In this document: positions 62,255-64,000 of the stretch, piece by piece
Layout: the number at the start of each line of letters is the position of its first letter
How positions within the stretch are numbered: the first letter of the stretch is position 1
Origin: a virus
Lineage: Duplodnaviria; Caudoviricetes
Direction: 5' to 3' (one strand)
Virus record (IMG/VR): IMGVR_UViG_2654588144_000016
Coordinates: 1 to 64,000 of that record
Length of the DNA: 64,000 bases
Position numbers and translations under genes: made by a program
Notes under the pieces: generated by a model
What the model saw: only the letters and a program-made list of their open reading frames with translations
Databases searched by the model: none
Told to the model about the DNA's origin: nothing

Positions 62255-62824
62255 TTACTCCTTTTCCAAATCATAGAAAACCAGTTCCTCGCCATCCGGC
62301 AGCGGACACTCATCATCTTTCCATTTCAGATATTTTACGCTTGTCCAATGCCCCCATGAATCTTCCGTATCAAGTCCGATAATGGTCAGAACCTCATTCG
62401 TATAGCAGCGGCTGTCAATTAACAGTCTGTCAGAGCGCCTATTTTTTCTGTTATCAAAATTATCCAGAATGTACTTGCTAAGCTTTCTTGCGTCCCTTAA
62501 ATCTGTTTGTGACGGCTTATGGTGCAAGGTATAGGTTATTCCGTCTACTTCCTTTAAAACTGCTCTATCTGCCCATCTTGCTGTTTTAACACAGGATGTA
62601 TAAAGCCAAATCTTACCCTCATATCCGTTCGCCCGGAGGCGATGAATCATTTCCAAAACTCTCGGCGCAAGTAACATCGGCTCTCCTCCGGTGATTACCA
62701 GTTCCTCGTATTTCAGTAAATCTGTAAATACAACCTCTAGCACATTCCCGATATGCTCATTACAGCAATTCTCGCAATGTCTGGGGCAGTTGTATGTAAC
62801 GATTACTCTCGCTCTTTTCTTCAC
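62255..62824 (-). CDS. Radical SAM protein
   Basis: CPRHCENC and ITGGEPML. Confidence 0.85.
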   Translation of the reverse strand: MKKRARVIVTYNCPRHCENCCNEHIGNVLEVVFTDLLKYEELVITGGEPMLLAPRVLEMIHRLRANGYEGKIWLYTSCVKTARWADRAVLKEVDGITYTLHHKPSQTDLRDARKLSKYILDNFDNRKNRRSDRLLIDSRCYTNEVLTIIGLDTEDSWGHWTSVKYLKWKDDECPLPDGEELVFYDLEKE

Positions 62825-62830
62825 TTATTT

Positions 62831-63826
62831 TCATCCTCCAATCAACGAATCTAGCACTTGTACTCTACTCTGCACCTTATCCGGCTTCGCAGAACCGCTA
62901 CCAACAGACTTGTTATAAATCTCGCTCACACTGGTTTGGCTGGAATCGAAGAACTTATACAGAATCTCTTTCAGTTCATCCACCGACTTTCCAGCCCGTA
63001 ATGCTTTCAGTGCAACATATGTACAGGACACCAGATGGCTTCTAGTCTTAATTTTCTTCAATACACGCTTATCTATCTTTTCTTCAGGATTTAAAAGGTC
63101 GCTGACTTCCTTAACATAATCAAGGGCCTGTCCAATTTCCTGTACCTGCTCATCTGTAACCGCCGCTGATTCGATAAGAGGACGAAAGCCTTTTGTCGTG
63201 AAGTCCCGGCAATCCGAAAAGCATAATGCCCAGGCTTGCATAGCAACATTTTCGTCATTGTAGCGGCGCTTCCCTGCTTCAGTAATTGCCCCTGCAATCA
63301 TTTCATGCTTGGCAATTTCCCGGAATTTCAGAATGCTTTTCGCTTTAACTCTTGTCAGTTCTACACTGGTAAGAGGCTTTCCGTTATTAATACGGAAGAA
63401 CAGTTCTGCAATCTCTTCCTCAGTAATGCCCTCAAAGTAATAGATTGTCAGTGAATAATCCTTTATATTGTCCTGCGCCCACTCTGGAAGTTCTGAAAAC
63501 TTCAACCTTGAAACGGTTACAGGAAAACCATTTTCATCTATTACTTGCGGAGTATCATCTGATAAAGGAAACTCTCCATCCAGATATCCCTTAATAGAAA
63601 GTGACCTCTGCTGACCATCTAAAGCGTCATACTTACCATCATCTTTCCGTGCAAAGTAGAATGGTGGAATCGGATATCCCTCTATCATTGAGTGAATCAG
63701 CAAGGATTTTCTGGACATATCCCAAACCGGATTTCTCTGAACTGCACAGTCAAAAGAAACCTGTCCTTTCTCAATCTGGTTCCGCAGCGTTTTACCGCTC
63801 CACTGAATGTTTGCTTTTTTCAGCAT
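62831..63826 (-). CDS. DUF262 (ParB-like/GmrS-type) domain protein
   Basis: VQRNPVW, LIHSMIEGYPIPP, DGQQR, FFRINNGKPL. Confidence 0.85.
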   Translation of the reverse strand: MLKKANIQWSGKTLRNQIEKGQVSFDCAVQRNPVWDMSRKSLLIHSMIEGYPIPPFYFARKDDGKYDALDGQQRSLSIKGYLDGEFPLSDDTPQVIDENGFPVTVSRLKFSELPEWAQDNIKDYSLTIYYFEGITEEEIAELFFRINNGKPLTSVELTRVKAKSILKFREIAKHEMIAGAITEAGKRRYNDENVAMQAWALCFSDCRDFTTKGFRPLIESAAVTDEQVQEIGQALDYVKEVSDLLNPEEKIDKRVLKKIKTRSHLVSCTYVALKALRAGKSVDELKEILYKFFDSSQTSVSEIYNKSVGSGSAKPDKVQSRVQVLDSLIGG

Positions 63827-63840
63827 TTCTTGTTTCCTCC

Positions 63841-64000
63841 CTAAAATAGCTCTTTCCTTAACTCCGCTTCCAATCCAGCCTCTGCACAGAACACTTTAGC
63901 GCGGTTTCCAGCCACTTTTTCGACCTCAGCCAACATTTGCTTGGGGTCTGCATTAAAATGGCTTAAATGGCATAATATGACGTTACGCAAACACGGTGTT
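63841..64000 (-). CDS. MBL-fold metallohydrolase, C-terminal part
   Basis: Manual translation ...LRNVILCHLSHFNAD...ELF*; 5' end outside window. Confidence 0.6.
   Translation of the reverse strand, partial: TPCLRNVILCHLSHFNADPKQMLAEVEKVAGNRAKVFCAEAGLEAELRKELF

Larger units (their letters stand above)
1..64000 (-). mobile_element. Temperate siphovirus-like phage/prophage (both ends outside window)
   Basis: Colinear minus-strand replication, packaging, head, tail, fibre and holin genes; no host housekeeping genes seen. Confidence 0.95.

Noticed and set aside
62255-63826. Radical SAM + DUF262 as a DNA-modification or GmrSD system
   Set aside because: No HNH partner domain or modification-pathway genes nearby; adjacency alone is insufficient

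Overview
The whole 64-kb window is one temperate siphovirus-type (pro)phage, probably of a Lachnospiraceae/Enterocloster-like host (inferred from protein families and promoter/RBS style). It is almost entirely on the minus strand. Reading right to left: replication/recombination genes (55.7-64 kb), accessory genes with a C5 DNA methyltransferase (48.7-55.7 kb), a tyrosine recombinase (47.5-48.6 kb), a divergent repeat-regulated island (43.7-46 kb), terminase small subunit (42.7-43.3 kb), ~11 kb of accessory genes with a tRNA cluster, an intein-containing terminase large subunit, a late activator, portal/head/neck/tail genes, tape measure, a 7-kb moron block (lipoproteins, antirepressor, AlwI-family R-M system), tail tip and fibre genes, and holins. 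No lysogeny module, att site or endolysin is visible. The main finding is an apparent long-range tail-fibre shufflon. Six in-frame alternative fibre C-termini, all starting at TAGCAATTTA (codons S-N-L), are stored as three head-to-head pairs at 2.4-3.1, 7.4-7.9 and 28.1-28.7 kb. Each pair is joined by a second, related motif (AAATGATTATTT), and both remote depots abut a duplicated 61-bp late-promoter-like sequence, so whole structural operons could invert together with their promoter. Also notable are a two-copy covarying ~140-nt structured RNA and tRNA-like genes with expanded anticodon loops. All family assignments are from recognition of motifs, not database searches.
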